Positions 8,242 to 18,046 of a stretch of 40,314 bases of DNA are shown here, piece by piece. How positions within the stretch are numbered: the first letter of the stretch is position 1; every line of letters begins with the position of its first letter. Source of the stretch: Methanocorpusculum sp. (GTDB lineage Archaea; Halobacteriota; Methanomicrobia; Methanomicrobiales; Methanocorpusculaceae); the NCBI GenBank assembly GCA_030539595.1, contig JAUNXW010000001.1, forward strand, positions 1-40,314, in the 5' to 3' direction. A program made the translations under genes and the position numbers. Below the pieces are notes generated by a model. The model was not told where the DNA came from. It worked only from the letters and a program-made list of their open reading frames with translations, and did not search any database.

Positions 8242-8922
8242 TCAGCGTCTGCGAATTCTGCGCTTGATTTTCCGCATAACGTTTCCAAACGACTGCCCCG
8301 TGTATGTTCGCGACGGAGTTTTTATGCATCGGCTTTCGATTTTTCCTTCCTTAACGGCTTTGAGAATCGAATCAGCCGTGCGTTCTTCAGCATCAATCAG
8401 ATTAATCCCGTATCCTACAAATCTGCACGAGTGAGCATCTGAACCCGCTGTAATCGGTTTGCCGAATTTTTTCGCAACGCGTGCGGCTTTTCTATTTGAA
8501 GATGAAATATAGTATCTGCTGTTGTAAGCCTCTATTGCGTCAGCGAGTTTTAAGGCGTTCATATTTTTCAAACCTACTGCGTGTCTGAATCTGTGAAACG
8601 GGTGAGGGATAATTACAAGACAGCCTTTTTCTTTGGCTTTGGCAATTGTCGTTTCCGCGTCTTCGTTCATCGGGAACTCGTCGGTTGTTCCGAGAACAAG
8701 AACATGCCCCTGCTTTGTTGAGACCTCAACACCGGGAATTATCACAAGAGATTCATCGGAAAAAGCGAGCGCTTCCTTTGCTGACTTCGTTGTGTCGTGG
8801 TCGGTGATTGCTATTGCGTCAAAGCCAGCCTCTTTGGCTTTGGAGATTATTTCTTTTACAGTGCAGTGACCGTCGGCTGAGGCGGATGTATGAATATGAA
8901 GGTCACATTTTATTCTAACCAT
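8242..8922 (-). CDS. PHP-domain metallohydrolase
   Basis: DLHIHT, AITDHD, PGVEVS, PHPF, GSDAH motifs. Confidence 0.9.
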   Translation of the reverse strand: MVRIKCDLHIHTSASADGHCTVKEIISKAKEAGFDAIAITDHDTTKSAKEALAFSDESLVIIPGVEVSTKQGHVLVLGTTDEFPMNEDAETTIAKAKEKGCLVIIPHPFHRFRHAVGLKNMNALKLADAIEAYNSRYYISSSNRKAARVAKKFGKPITAGSDAHSCRFVGYGINLIDAEERTADSILKAVKEGKIESRCIKTPSRTYTGQSFGNVMRKIKRRIRRR

Positions 8923-8970
8923 TTGATACTAAATTATTTACAATTTAATTGATGATAATAATATAGTAAA

Positions 8971-10398
8971 ATGCATGTTCTTTTTCCGACAGGACGCCAG
9001 AGCGAAGAGGCGCTGAAATCCTCGCTTGCAAAAGTCACGAAGTTTACTTATGAGATTGTTGTCACAGGCGAGATTGCCTCTTTTCTGACGCCAACGCAGC
9101 TTGAAAAACTTATCTCCTGCGGAAATTATGACTGCGTCGTTGTTTCGGGTATGTGCACGGCTTCTTTTGAAGAGATTGATAATACTGCCGATGTAAAAAT
9201 TTTCAGAGGAACGCGCCACGCATCAGATATGTCTTTGTGCGAGCCTCTTATTATAAGCGGCTCTCTTTCAAAAACCAAACCAGCCGATGAACTTCTGACA
9301 GAAGAAAAGAAAAAGAACGCTCTTGAAAAATTAGTTCAGTCGGAAACGGAAGCAGACTTTGATTTTGAAATTCGCGGGGTTAAGTTCGGGAAATCTTCGC
9401 GGATTAAAGTCGTCTGCGAGATTATGGATGCACATACTTGTCCGAATTTAAGAGAAAAAGCGATAGCGGCTTTTGATTCAGGCGCTGACGCGGTTGACTT
9501 GGGATTCGGTTTTGACGCGTGCGAAGCAGATGTCATCCGCTGTTTTGAAGAACTTGAGGATTTACCTTTTCCTCTTTCGGTCGACACGCTCAACCCTGAT
9601 TTGATTCGTGCGGCTCTTTTCAGAGCAGACATTGTTTTTTCGCTGACGAAAAAAACAATCTCAGTCCTCGCTGACGCTGTGAAAAAAAGCGGAGCTGTAT
9701 GTGTATTAATTTCCCGCGACGGAAATTCGCTTGAAGAGACTGTTGCCCTTGCGAAAGCGCACGGCTTAACAAAAATTTTAGCCGATCCGCTTCTTCTTCC
9801 GCCGTTATCGAAAATGACCGAGTCGCTTGCTGGCTATACAAAAGATTACGGTATCTCAAAAGTTCTGGGCTGTGTAAATGTCATTGAACTGACGGACGCA
9901 GACAGCGTTGGAATGTGCGCACTACTCGCTTCGGTTGCGTCTGAAACAGACTGCTCAGCGGTTTTAATCTCTGAGCACTCGGATAAAACGTCAGGAGCGT
10001 GCTTTGAAATGCGAAGAGCAACGGAAATTATGGCTCTTTCAAAAGGTCGACCTTACCCAAAAGATGCGGGAATCGACCTGTTCGTTATTAAAGAGAAGAG
10101 AAAAAGACATGAGCCATCACTTGTCTACGATGAAATCCGTGACGCGCCTCTACCGCGTGAGAATCTGGTTTACGATAAGAAAGGAAGTTTCAGAATAGGG
10201 ATAGAAAACGGATATGTCGTTGCTGTAAGACACGGCAAAGCAATTCGCGGAAAAACATGGTATGAGGTTTTTTCGGCAATTCTTGAAGAAGAAGGCGTTT
10301 CACTTTTAGACCACGCGGGTTATCTCGGAAAAGAACTTTACAAAGCCGAACTTGCTTTGCGCTTCGGAAGAAGTTTTGAGCAGGACGGAGAATTCTGA
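8971..10398 (+). CDS. Dihydropteroate synthase-like protein (archaeal, pterin-binding barrel + C-terminal DUF4346-like domain)
   Basis: GADAVDLG, LSVDT, ADPLL, NVIELTDADSVG, YPKDAGIDL, HAGYLGKELYKAE…FEQD. Confidence 0.85.
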   Translation: MHVLFPTGRQSEEALKSSLAKVTKFTYEIVVTGEIASFLTPTQLEKLISCGNYDCVVVSGMCTASFEEIDNTADVKIFRGTRHASDMSLCEPLIISGSLSKTKPADELLTEEKKKNALEKLVQSETEADFDFEIRGVKFGKSSRIKVVCEIMDAHTCPNLREKAIAAFDSGADAVDLGFGFDACEADVIRCFEELEDLPFPLSVDTLNPDLIRAALFRADIVFSLTKKTISVLADAVKKSGAVCVLISRDGNSLEETVALAKAHGLTKILADPLLLPPLSKMTESLAGYTKDYGISKVLGCVNVIELTDADSVGMCALLASVASETDCSAVLISEHSDKTSGACFEMRRATEIMALSKGRPYPKDAGIDLFVIKEKRKRHEPSLVYDEIRDAPLPRENLVYDKKGSFRIGIENGYVVAVRHGKAIRGKTWYEVFSAILEEEGVSLLDHAGYLGKELYKAELALRFGRSFEQDGEF

Positions 10399-10414
10399 AA
10401 ATTTATTTTTTATA

Positions 10415-10482
10415 TAGACTAAATCTTTCCAACGGATTCAGATAACAATTCGCAAATAAAAAAATTGCTCGGCTGAGAAACC
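10415..10482 (+). repeat. Truncated composite repeat (IR-element left arm + hairpin modules)
   Basis: TAGACTAAATCTTTCCAACGGATTCAGATAACAATT matches the reverse complement of 16921-16958 and 30335-30365; followed by CGCAAAT…TTGCTCGGCTGAGAAACC as in the array at 51-177. Confidence 0.7.
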
Positions 10483-10539
10483 GTACTTCGAGCTGTATCC
10501 AAAGAGTGTTTTATTACTTCACAGCTCAGATATGTAAGT

Positions 10540-11871
10540 ATGGTTTCTGAAGAGATCGATTCCGTCCTCAAAAGATTAGAAGAGGACAATGTAAAATCAG
10601 TTCTCCTTCAATTCTCTGACCTTGAAGGAAAACCGAAAAATGTAGCGATCCCCACGAAACAGATGAGGAAAGCATTAACTGACGGCATTAGTTTTGACGG
10701 TTCTTCAATTCAGGGATTTGCGAGACTTGAAGAATCCGACATGACACTTCACCCAGAAGTGTCGACATATCAGATAATACCGTGGTCTGATGAAAAATTC
10801 CGCATGGCGCGTTTCATCTGCAACGTATATACAATACACGGCGAACCGTTTACAGGCGACCCCAGATATATCTTAAAGAGGGAAATGGAAAAAGCCGCCA
10901 AACTCGGCTACACCTTCAACGTAGGGCCTGAAATGGAGTTTTTCCTTTTCAGAACCGATGAAAACGGACACGCTACGGTAAATCTTCAGGATCACGGAAG
11001 TTACTTCGACCAGACGCCGACCGACCCGGGAGAAGACGTCAGACGCGACCTTGTTATTCAGCTCTCGGAAATGGGATTCAATATTGAGGCGTCTCACCAT
11101 GAGGTAGCCCCGTCTCAGCACGAAATCGACTTCACATACGGAAGCGCACTTGAAATCGCGGACAAGGTTGTCACCTTCAAGTTCGCGGCAAAAACACTCG
11201 CACTCAAGAAAGGTCTACACGCAACTTTCATGCCCAAGCCGATTTTCGGAATAAACGGCTCGGGTATGCACGTCAACTCTTCACTGATGAAGGACGGCAA
11301 AAACGCATTCTTCGATCCCGAAGGAGAAGACCAGCTTTCAGACACCGCAAGATATTTTATCGGCGGTCTGCTGAAACATATCGACGGAATCACAAGAATT
11401 GCAAATCCTACCGTAAACTCATACAAGCGTCTTATCCCTGGATATGAAGCGCCTGTTTACGTAGGATGGTCAGCACTCAACCGCTCGGCACTGATTCGCG
11501 TCCCATCGTCCAGAGGAAAGAGCACAAGAGCCGAACTCAGAAGCCCAGACCCAACATGTAACCCGTATCTTACGTTTGCTGTTATGCTTGCGGCAGGTAT
11601 GGAAGGAATTGTAAATAAAATAGAGCCGCCGGAAAGCATCGACAAAAATATCTTCAGAATGACACCCGCAGAACGCGAGGCTGAAGGAATCAGATGTCTT
11701 CCGTGGAGTCTTGTTGAGGCTAACGCGGCGCTCATGAAGGATGAACTGCTCTGCTCCGTTCTCGGCGAACATGTCGTTGCCCAGATAAAAAGAATCGGAG
11801 AACTCGAGTGGTCAGATTTTTCCAAGGCAATCACCGACTGGGAAATCAAAAGATATCTGGCGACATACTGA
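10540..11871 (+). CDS. glnA: Glutamine synthetase type I
   Basis: FDGSSIQGF, GPEMEFF, HHEVAPSQHEI, FMPKPIFGINGSGMH, NSYKRLIPGYEAP, ELRSPD. Confidence 0.97.
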   Translation: MVSEEIDSVLKRLEEDNVKSVLLQFSDLEGKPKNVAIPTKQMRKALTDGISFDGSSIQGFARLEESDMTLHPEVSTYQIIPWSDEKFRMARFICNVYTIHGEPFTGDPRYILKREMEKAAKLGYTFNVGPEMEFFLFRTDENGHATVNLQDHGSYFDQTPTDPGEDVRRDLVIQLSEMGFNIEASHHEVAPSQHEIDFTYGSALEIADKVVTFKFAAKTLALKKGLHATFMPKPIFGINGSGMHVNSSLMKDGKNAFFDPEGEDQLSDTARYFIGGLLKHIDGITRIANPTVNSYKRLIPGYEAPVYVGWSALNRSALIRVPSSRGKSTRAELRSPDPTCNPYLTFAVMLAAGMEGIVNKIEPPESIDKNIFRMTPAEREAEGIRCLPWSLVEANAALMKDELLCSVLGEHVVAQIKRIGELEWSDFSKAITDWEIKRYLATY

Positions 11872-11939
11872 ACAGGAAATATCCATTTTTTATTGAGGCT
11901 GTTTAATCGTGATCTACCCGGCACTAAAAATCCCTCTAA

Positions 11940-11978
11940 AAATATTATCAAACGGATTTTTCACGATTGAACAAACTC
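11940..11978 (+). repeat. Degenerate empty copy of the TTGTCCAA/TTGGACAA inverted-repeat element
   Basis: AAATATTATCAAACGGATTTTTCACGATTGAACAAACTC aligns with AAATCTTGTCCAACGAATTCACATGACGATTGGACAAACTC (reverse complement of 16912-16952). Confidence 0.55.
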
Positions 11979-12038
11979 TTATTGAGCGTGAAACAAACAG
12001 GATTTAATTAATATCTTCTGTGCCATAATATATCTCAA

Positions 12039-12890
12039 ATGCAGTTCAGCAAAAAATATCTCACGCCCCTGTTAATTCTGCTTATATTTGAAGCGATAGC
12101 CGTTTCGCTCTGGCTCAGCCTTGAAAATATCTTCTACCTCTTCAACTTTTCATACATCGGCGTCTGTATCTCTGTAGGAATTTTCTTATACATCAGAAAA
12201 TTCAGATACGCAAGAAACGTTGTTATGTTTTCCGTCGGTCTGTATGTGCTTGTGTATCTTGGAATAATCTCGCACGAAAATATGCAGATTGAAGGCTTCT
12301 GGTATTTCCTGTTTCTCGGAGTTTTTCAGGCGGCAGTCATACACTACGCAGTTGCGAAAATCTTTGGACCATTACTTTTCGGACGCGGCTGGTGCGGTTA
12401 CGCCTGTTGGACGGCAATGATTTTAGATGTTCTTCCGTTCAAAGTTCCAAGCGCCCCGCGAAAGAAAATCGGATACATAAAATACATAGTTTTTGCCGTT
12501 TCGCTGATATTCGTTACGTCTTTATTTATATTTAAAGCGGCGGATATCGAAAACATCATGTGGATTAGTTTCATCGTCGGAAACATTCTTTACTACGCGG
12601 TAGGAATTTATCTCGCGTTCATGTTCAAAGATAACCGTGCCTTCTGCAAATACATCTGTCCTGTTGCCGTGATTTTAAAACTGACGAGTTACTTCTCTCT
12701 CACAAGAGTGAGATATGAGCCGAAAAACTGTCTTTCCTGCGGAAAATGTCTGCGTGTCTGTCCTATGGATGTTGACATGATGAATAATTCAAGAAGTAGA
12801 GTTAACGGGACTGAGTGTATTCTTTGTATGAAATGCGTTGATGAGTGCCCAAGAGATTGTCTGAAAATCTCAGCACTTATTCAAAAATGA
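12039..12890 (+). CDS. Membrane 4Fe-4S binding protein (NapH/MauN-like polyferredoxin)
   Basis: TM segments, GRGWCGYAC and RAFCKYICP, then two CxxCxxCxxxCP motifs. Confidence 0.88.
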   Translation: MQFSKKYLTPLLILLIFEAIAVSLWLSLENIFYLFNFSYIGVCISVGIFLYIRKFRYARNVVMFSVGLYVLVYLGIISHENMQIEGFWYFLFLGVFQAAVIHYAVAKIFGPLLFGRGWCGYACWTAMILDVLPFKVPSAPRKKIGYIKYIVFAVSLIFVTSLFIFKAADIENIMWISFIVGNILYYAVGIYLAFMFKDNRAFCKYICPVAVILKLTSYFSLTRVRYEPKNCLSCGKCLRVCPMDVDMMNNSRSRVNGTECILCMKCVDECPRDCLKISALIQK

Positions 12891-13819
12891 AAATCAGGCT
12901 CGCACAGCCCCTCAACCGCATCCGCATAATGCTTTACGTTTGCCGAAATAATTTCCCGATTAATAGAACTCATCAGTCTCTTGTTAAACTCCGCAAGAAG
13001 TTTATCCGACAAAATACAGCGCTGACCAACCTCATACTCTCCCGAAATCTTACCCTCACGGGCAAGGTCGATAACAATTTTATCCACCATATAAACCGAA
13101 GCAGGCTCTAAAATATCCAGAACACACGGCATTTTTCCGTTTCCCGCAGGCTCTATTTCACCGTACAAAGCGCCTTTCGTCAAATCAAGCCCCGCACCTA
13201 TACACGCAGTGCTTATGTTTGCATAAAGAACTGCGTATCCATGCGACAGAAGAACATTCAGCGGGTCAGAATACGGAGGCTTCATTCTTCTGCGGTAACC
13301 CAAATCTGAGGGAACGGCTCTTGAGAAAATCTCGTAATACATATTCTTAGTCAGAGTGAATACTCTGCCGAGTTCAGCAAGAGTAATCAGGTAATCAAGT
13401 TCGGCGCGTGCTCCGGAAACAATTTCAAACTCGCCTTTATAATAAATCCCGCCCTCAATTTTTTCCGACAGCTCATGAAGAAGCCTCATTCTCGCTTCAA
13501 TGGACGACTTAATAGATGTCAGGGCAAATTTATGAACGGGCAGATTTTTCTGCTGCTGAGAAAGAGCGGGAACGCCGCCGTTATACAATAATCCCGTCGG
13601 GTTGCCGTGAACATCGAAAAAAGAAACACCGATTCCCTTTTCTGCAAACGTTTCAACAGCGGACGTCTGAAAATTATGATTACCGCAGATGATGACATGC
13701 TTAATTTCATCAAGCGAGTAGCGCTCGGTTTTACCTTTGCGCGAAACAAGAAGAGAGTCGCGTGTGGTTTTTATATCCGCACCGAACCCCCAGACCGTAA
13801 CCCACGAAATATTATTCAT
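12881..13819 (-). CDS. cas1: Stand-alone Cas1 homologue, predicted catalytically inactive
   Basis: Cas1 N-terminal pattern (IKHVIICG…KGIGVSFFDVHG), RRMKPPYSDPLNVLLSHGYAVLY, GLDLTKG, LDILEP. GGAGG RBS before ATG 13819, which overlaps the upstream gene's end. Confidence 0.85.
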   Translation of the reverse strand: MNNISWVTVWGFGADIKTTRDSLLVSRKGKTERYSLDEIKHVIICGNHNFQTSAVETFAEKGIGVSFFDVHGNPTGLLYNGGVPALSQQQKNLPVHKFALTSIKSSIEARMRLLHELSEKIEGGIYYKGEFEIVSGARAELDYLITLAELGRVFTLTKNMYYEIFSRAVPSDLGYRRRMKPPYSDPLNVLLSHGYAVLYANISTACIGAGLDLTKGALYGEIEPAGNGKMPCVLDILEPASVYMVDKIVIDLAREGKISGEYEVGQRCILSDKLLAEFNKRLMSSINREIISANVKHYADAVEGLCEPDFHF

Positions 13820-14417
13820 GAAGCCCTCCTTCCGTTCTCGCGCTGAGTTCAAGACGGCACTTTCCGCAGAAATATTTACGTTTGCGGTCAAGGTCTGCAA
13901 GATTTCGCGGGCAGTACATGATACAGCCGGGGTTATCACAGTGTTCGATTCCATAAAGGTGCGCGATTTCGTGAGCGCCCTCTTTTACAATTCTGTCAAT
14001 GAGAGCTTCATCGTCTGCGTGTCTTCCGTAATATTCGTTGGCAAGTCTGTATGGGGAGACTACTGAGACGCCGAGTTTGGGATAAGCGAGCCCGAATACG
14101 AAATCAGCGAGCGGTTCAAAAATGTCTGCTGGAGTCACGAGCAGGATTTTTTCTGTGATATGGTTGAATTTATTGTAATATTCTATATCCATGTCGGCGG
14201 GCTTGAACAATTCGGGCATACGCCTTCTGAACATATCGAGTTTGGTAAGTATTTTTACCGCATCGCACTGATTTCTTATTGTGTCGAAGCCTTCAAGCGG
14301 AAACGTTCCGTTGTCTATTCGCGAGACCGGCATTTCAAGAACTGCCGACAGTTCTTCTGATACCGGTCTTGACAGACCTATCGGCACTCTTGCGTCCCAG
14401 AAAAGATGTATCCCCAT
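13812..14417 (-). CDS. amzA: Archaemetzincin-family Zn metalloprotease
   Basis: FVFGLA, VSPYRL, KEGAHEIAHLYGIEHCDNPGCIMY, FCGKC. Start set at MGIHLFW (14417). Confidence 0.9.
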   Translation of the reverse strand: MGIHLFWDARVPIGLSRPVSEELSAVLEMPVSRIDNGTFPLEGFDTIRNQCDAVKILTKLDMFRRRMPELFKPADMDIEYYNKFNHITEKILLVTPADIFEPLADFVFGLAYPKLGVSVVSPYRLANEYYGRHADDEALIDRIVKEGAHEIAHLYGIEHCDNPGCIMYCPRNLADLDRKRKYFCGKCRLELSARTEGGLHE

Positions 14418-14468
14418 GTCGTAGATAATATCAGTGTTGAGAGACATAAACTTACTTGAATTGTGCCG

Positions 14469-14852
14469 ATGATTAATGAGATTGAGAGATGTGTTGCAGA
14501 GTATATTTTGAAGAATTACACTTCCGCGGTTGAGGTCGGTTTCGGCGGAAAAACAACTGCGGCTGAGTTTTTGGTTGAAAGAGGAGTTTCTGTTCTGTGT
14601 ACTGATGTTCATTCGTATGATTCTGCTGTGCCTTGCGTTGTTGATGACTGCTTTGAGCCTGATTTATCCCTTTACAAAGGCGCGGACGTGATTTATTCGA
14701 TTCGCCCGGGCTGCGAAATTGTTCCGCCGATGATTGAACTCGCGAGAAAAGTAGGCTGTGACCTGATTGTGTATCATCTTGGTTTTGAACTGTTTGAAGA
14801 CGGCGGGGAAAAAATTGATGCGGATGGAGTTATTCTGCATAAGTATGTCTGA
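14469..14852 (+). CDS. UPF0146 family protein (Rossmann/methyltransferase-like)
   Basis: AVEVGFG, DDCFEPDLSLYKGADVIYSIRP; divergent from the archaemetzincin gene. Confidence 0.8.
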   Translation: MINEIERCVAEYILKNYTSAVEVGFGGKTTAAEFLVERGVSVLCTDVHSYDSAVPCVVDDCFEPDLSLYKGADVIYSIRPGCEIVPPMIELARKVGCDLIVYHLGFELFEDGGEKIDADGVILHKYV

Positions 14853-14966
14853 TTTTTAATTTTGAATCGGCAGCTTCTATTTGAAAGAATTCGTTAAACA
14901 ACGAATTTATTAAAACTACCGTTCGACCACAAAAATTTTTATAACATACATCAAATCAAATAGCGC

Positions 14967-16652
14967 ATGTCTGCAAGGCATTACAGAAACGACTCGGTCA
15001 CCAAACTTGAATACACGGAAGATACCAGACGGTCTCTTTACTCAATGCTTTCTTACGGAGCTGCGCACGCTTCAAAAGAAGCTGATGCCATACTTTATTT
15101 CGGAAACGTAATCTCCTACGGAGCACTTATGGATAAAGTTCACAGCTGCGCCGCCGGATTTCTCCGCCTCGGAATAAAAAAAAGCGACTGCGTTACAATA
15201 TTTCTGCCAAACATCCCCCAGTGTGTCATTGCGGTTTATGCCCTCAACCGAATCGGTGCGGTCTGCAACATGGTTCACCCTCTTTCGACAAAAGAAGAAC
15301 TTGAATATGCTGTAAAACTCACTGACAGCCGCTTTGTTCTTACGTTTGAATCAAACGAAGGACTTTGTGACGGACTCAGTGTAACCGTTATCAGATGCAG
15401 AACGCCGTATTATTTCCCGCACAATATAAAGGGACTTGTAACAGCTCTTGCCTACAACTATTCTGTGCGCAAATGTAAGAAACTTGAAAACGTCATCGAC
15501 TGGAAAGACGTCATGTTCAACGGGAAAATATTTTTTGAAAGAGGCGAGGCTCTCCCAGCAGACGACGCAAAAGGTTCAGACACCGCTGTAATCATGTACA
15601 CCGGCGGAACAACGGGAGATTCAAAAGGCGTTGAGCTCTCAAACGCCGCGATGAACTACTCAGCCGTTGAGCTTCTGATGCATTTTGCAAACGGAGCGCC
15701 CCACATAGGAGACACAATTCTTTCAATTCTTCCCGCGTTTCACGCCTTCGGATTTATTGTGGTTATCCATGTTCCTTTATCGGGCGGACTGCGTCTTGTG
15801 TTTTTGCCGAGATTCAATCCCAAGCAGTGCGCAAAACTTGTCATAAGCGAGCAGATAAATTATCTTGCGGGCGTTCCTGTAATTTATGAGAGGCTCTACC
15901 CGCTGCTTAAAGATAAGGACATCTCCTGCGTTCACCACGCTGTCTGCGGAGGAGACAAGGTAACAACCGACCTGCTCAACAGATACAATGAGATTCTCGG
16001 CAAAGACAATGGGCTTGCAGAGTTAAGACCGGGTTACGGGCTAACCGAAGCGGCAGGATGCTGTCTTCTGACGAAGAAAAATTATTCAGAGTTCATCGAA
16101 GGATGTGTTGGTTCACCTCTTCCTGGAACAGAGATTTGCCTTGTTGAGCCCGGAACAACAGAAGTTGTCGAAGACGACGAGGGAGAACTTTGTATAATTA
16201 ATCCGGGGCTCATGACCGGATATTATAAAAACGAAACCGCAACGCGTCAGGTTTTAAGAAAACACGACGACGGGCGCACGTGGCTTCACACGGGAGATGT
16301 TGTAACTCTGTCGGGCGGCGACACGGTTATTTTCAAATCCAGATACAAGCGCATGGTAAAAATCAACGGAATTAACGTTTACCCTACGCTCATAGAAAAC
16401 ACAATGTCGGGCTGTTCCCTTGTTGATGAGGTCTGTGCGGTTGCTGTTCCGTGGAAAAACGACCGCAGAATAAAACTCTATGTTACGCTTGCGCCGCAGG
16501 TGGATAAGGAGAAGGCGTCGTCTGAAATTATGGCTTACGCAAAGTCTCACTTAAATCATTGGAGCACGCCGTTTGCCGTTACCGTTCTTGATTCCATGCC
16601 GTTAACGAAAATGAACAAGACTGACTACAGGGTTCTTGAAAAAAGAGGCTGA
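14967..16652 (+). CDS. Class I adenylate-forming enzyme (long-chain acyl-CoA ligase-like)
   Basis: YTGGTTGDSKG, GYGLTE, WLHTGD, PLTKMNKTD. Confidence 0.88.
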   Translation: MSARHYRNDSVTKLEYTEDTRRSLYSMLSYGAAHASKEADAILYFGNVISYGALMDKVHSCAAGFLRLGIKKSDCVTIFLPNIPQCVIAVYALNRIGAVCNMVHPLSTKEELEYAVKLTDSRFVLTFESNEGLCDGLSVTVIRCRTPYYFPHNIKGLVTALAYNYSVRKCKKLENVIDWKDVMFNGKIFFERGEALPADDAKGSDTAVIMYTGGTTGDSKGVELSNAAMNYSAVELLMHFANGAPHIGDTILSILPAFHAFGFIVVIHVPLSGGLRLVFLPRFNPKQCAKLVISEQINYLAGVPVIYERLYPLLKDKDISCVHHAVCGGDKVTTDLLNRYNEILGKDNGLAELRPGYGLTEAAGCCLLTKKNYSEFIEGCVGSPLPGTEICLVEPGTTEVVEDDEGELCIINPGLMTGYYKNETATRQVLRKHDDGRTWLHTGDVVTLSGGDTVIFKSRYKRMVKINGINVYPTLIENTMSGCSLVDEVCAVAVPWKNDRRIKLYVTLAPQVDKEKASSEIMAYAKSHLNHWSTPFAVTVLDSMPLTKMNKTDYRVLEKRG

Positions 16653-16678
16653 GTTAATTTATCCGATTGGTGATTGTA

Positions 16679-16852
16679 TCAATCATCAAGTTTTCTGAAA
16701 AGTCCGGGCTTGCTCTTTGGAATCATACACGTTGGGCATTTCCATGTCGGCGGTAAATCATCGTATTTTGTTCCGGGTGCTATTCCGTGATTCGGGTCAC
16801 CCAAATCCTCATCGTAAACATATGCACAAAAAATGCAGATATACTTTGCCAT
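16679..16852 (-). CDS. Rubredoxin
   Basis: YICIFCAYVYD…GIAPGT…LPPTWKCPTC. Confidence 0.92.
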   Translation of the reverse strand: MAKYICIFCAYVYDEDLGDPNHGIAPGTKYDDLPPTWKCPTCMIPKSKPGLFRKLDD

Positions 16853-16910
16853 ACATATCAATTTGTAGTTTTTTATTTATATAATTCACCTATGAGGACA
16901 TTTTTTGTAT

Positions 16911-16960
16911 GGAGTTTGTCCAATCGTCATGTGAATTCGTTGGACAAGATTTAGTCTAAG
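16911..16960 (-). repeat. Intact empty copy of the inverted-repeat element
   Basis: TTGTCCAA 16916-16923 / TTGGACAA 16940-16947. The flank GATTTAGTCTAAG (16948-16960) is identical to window positions 1-13. Confidence 0.75.
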
Positions 16961-17062
16961 GCTGTTCCAACTGAATTAATTACGAAAAAAAGACCGCAGT
17001 CAGTTAAAATTTTTGTGGGATTGAAACCCCATAAAAATATTTTATTTGCCTTATGGGCAAAT

Positions 17063-18046
17063 TTACATTATCTTGCCGAGCAGGCGGATGGAGTTGGTCA
17101 TATCAGGTCCAAGCGGTGAACCGAAGATAATCTGTGTAACTCCTGCTGCGTTGAGGTCTTCACATTTCTGGCGGATTGTGTCCGGTGTTCCGCAGATTGT
17201 GAATGCTTCAAGTTCCTTGTCTGTGACAAGTTCATTTACTGACTTGAAGTCGAAGCGTGCAAGTGCGTCCTTAATCTTTGCAACGTTTGCAAGGTCAAGT
17301 CCGTGTCTCTGGAGTAATGCTTCGGGTGAACCTGCTGCAATAAATGCAGAGACAATCTTTGCTGCCTTCTTTGCTTTCTTCTCGTCTTTGTCGATTGAAA
17401 GTGCTGTGTATGCACCGACATCGAATCCTTTCTTGCCGACTTTGTCGCATGCTGCTTTGATGATTGGGATTGCAACCTGGAAGTCTTTCGGGTTGGATGC
17501 GTTGATTAATGCTCCGTCTCCCTTAAGTCCTGCGAGCTCGAGTACTTTTGGACCCTGTGCACCGACGTAGATTGGGATACCTTTCTTTCCGGGGAGTGTG
17601 ACGCCTGTGAGTTTTGCACCGTCGTAGTCGAAGTAGGTTCTGCCTGACTTCTTCATTTCTGCGCCAGAGCACATCTCACGGATTACATCAATTGCTTCTC
17701 CAAGTCTTGCAACCGGCTTTTCAGGCTGTATGCAGAGTTTCGGAAGGGTTGAAAGGTCGCCTGGACCAATACCGAGTGTTGCACGTCCGTCTGATACTTC
17801 ATTCAGTGTGCATGCAAAGGATGCCATTGCTGCCGGTGTGTCGGTGAACGAGTTCATGATTCCCGGTCCCATCTTAAGTGTTGAAGTTGCGAGTGCAACT
17901 GCGGTTAAGACTGAGTAGCAGTGTCTGTTGTTGTAGTGGTTGGTGATCCATGCGTAGTCAATATCCTTGCTCTCTGCAAGTTTACAGTAGTTAACTACCT
18001 GTTTGACATTTACGTTTCCTGGAACAAATTCAATTCCATAAGTCAT
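17063..18046 (-). CDS. mer: F420-dependent 5,10-methylenetetrahydromethanopterin reductase
   Basis: YGIEFVP, WITNHYNNR, LGIGPGD, PIYVGAQGPK, LINASNPKD, FGSPLGP. Confidence 0.96.
   Translation of the reverse strand: MTYGIEFVPGNVNVKQVVNYCKLAESKDIDYAWITNHYNNRHCYSVLTAVALATSTLKMGPGIMNSFTDTPAAMASFACTLNEVSDGRATLGIGPGDLSTLPKLCIQPEKPVARLGEAIDVIREMCSGAEMKKSGRTYFDYDGAKLTGVTLPGKKGIPIYVGAQGPKVLELAGLKGDGALINASNPKDFQVAIPIIKAACDKVGKKGFDVGAYTALSIDKDEKKAKKAAKIVSAFIAAGSPEALLQRHGLDLANVAKIKDALARFDFKSVNELVTDKELEAFTICGTPDTIRQKCEDLNAAGVTQIIFGSPLGPDMTNSIRLLGKIM

Noticed and set aside
10399-10539. NrpR operator upstream of glnA
   Set aside because: No GGAA-N6-TTCC found; the TTCC…GGA seen belongs to the repeat element.
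12881-13819. Casposon or CRISPR adaptation module, and Cas1 as mobiliser of the repeats
   Set aside because: No PolB, TIRs, cas2 or array; housekeeping-type neighbours; catalytic residues appear substituted; nothing in the sequence links it to the repeats.
13820-14612. Extended N-termini in the ORF track for cas1 and amzA (likewise truA, mvk, ipk and the TctA gene)
   Set aside because: The extensions overlap neighbouring genes or promoters; downstream ATGs have RBS or stop-start coupling and match family N-termini.
14888-14907. Hairpin AATTCGTT-aaac-AACGAATT as a further IR-element copy
   Set aside because: Only about 9 nt match 16933-16941; it could equally be an unrelated terminator or operator.
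17046-17570. Long antisense or alternate-frame ORFs (this one, 11457-11951, 34554-35039, 39635-40162 and similar)
   Set aside because: Shadows of well-supported genes, with no independent motifs.
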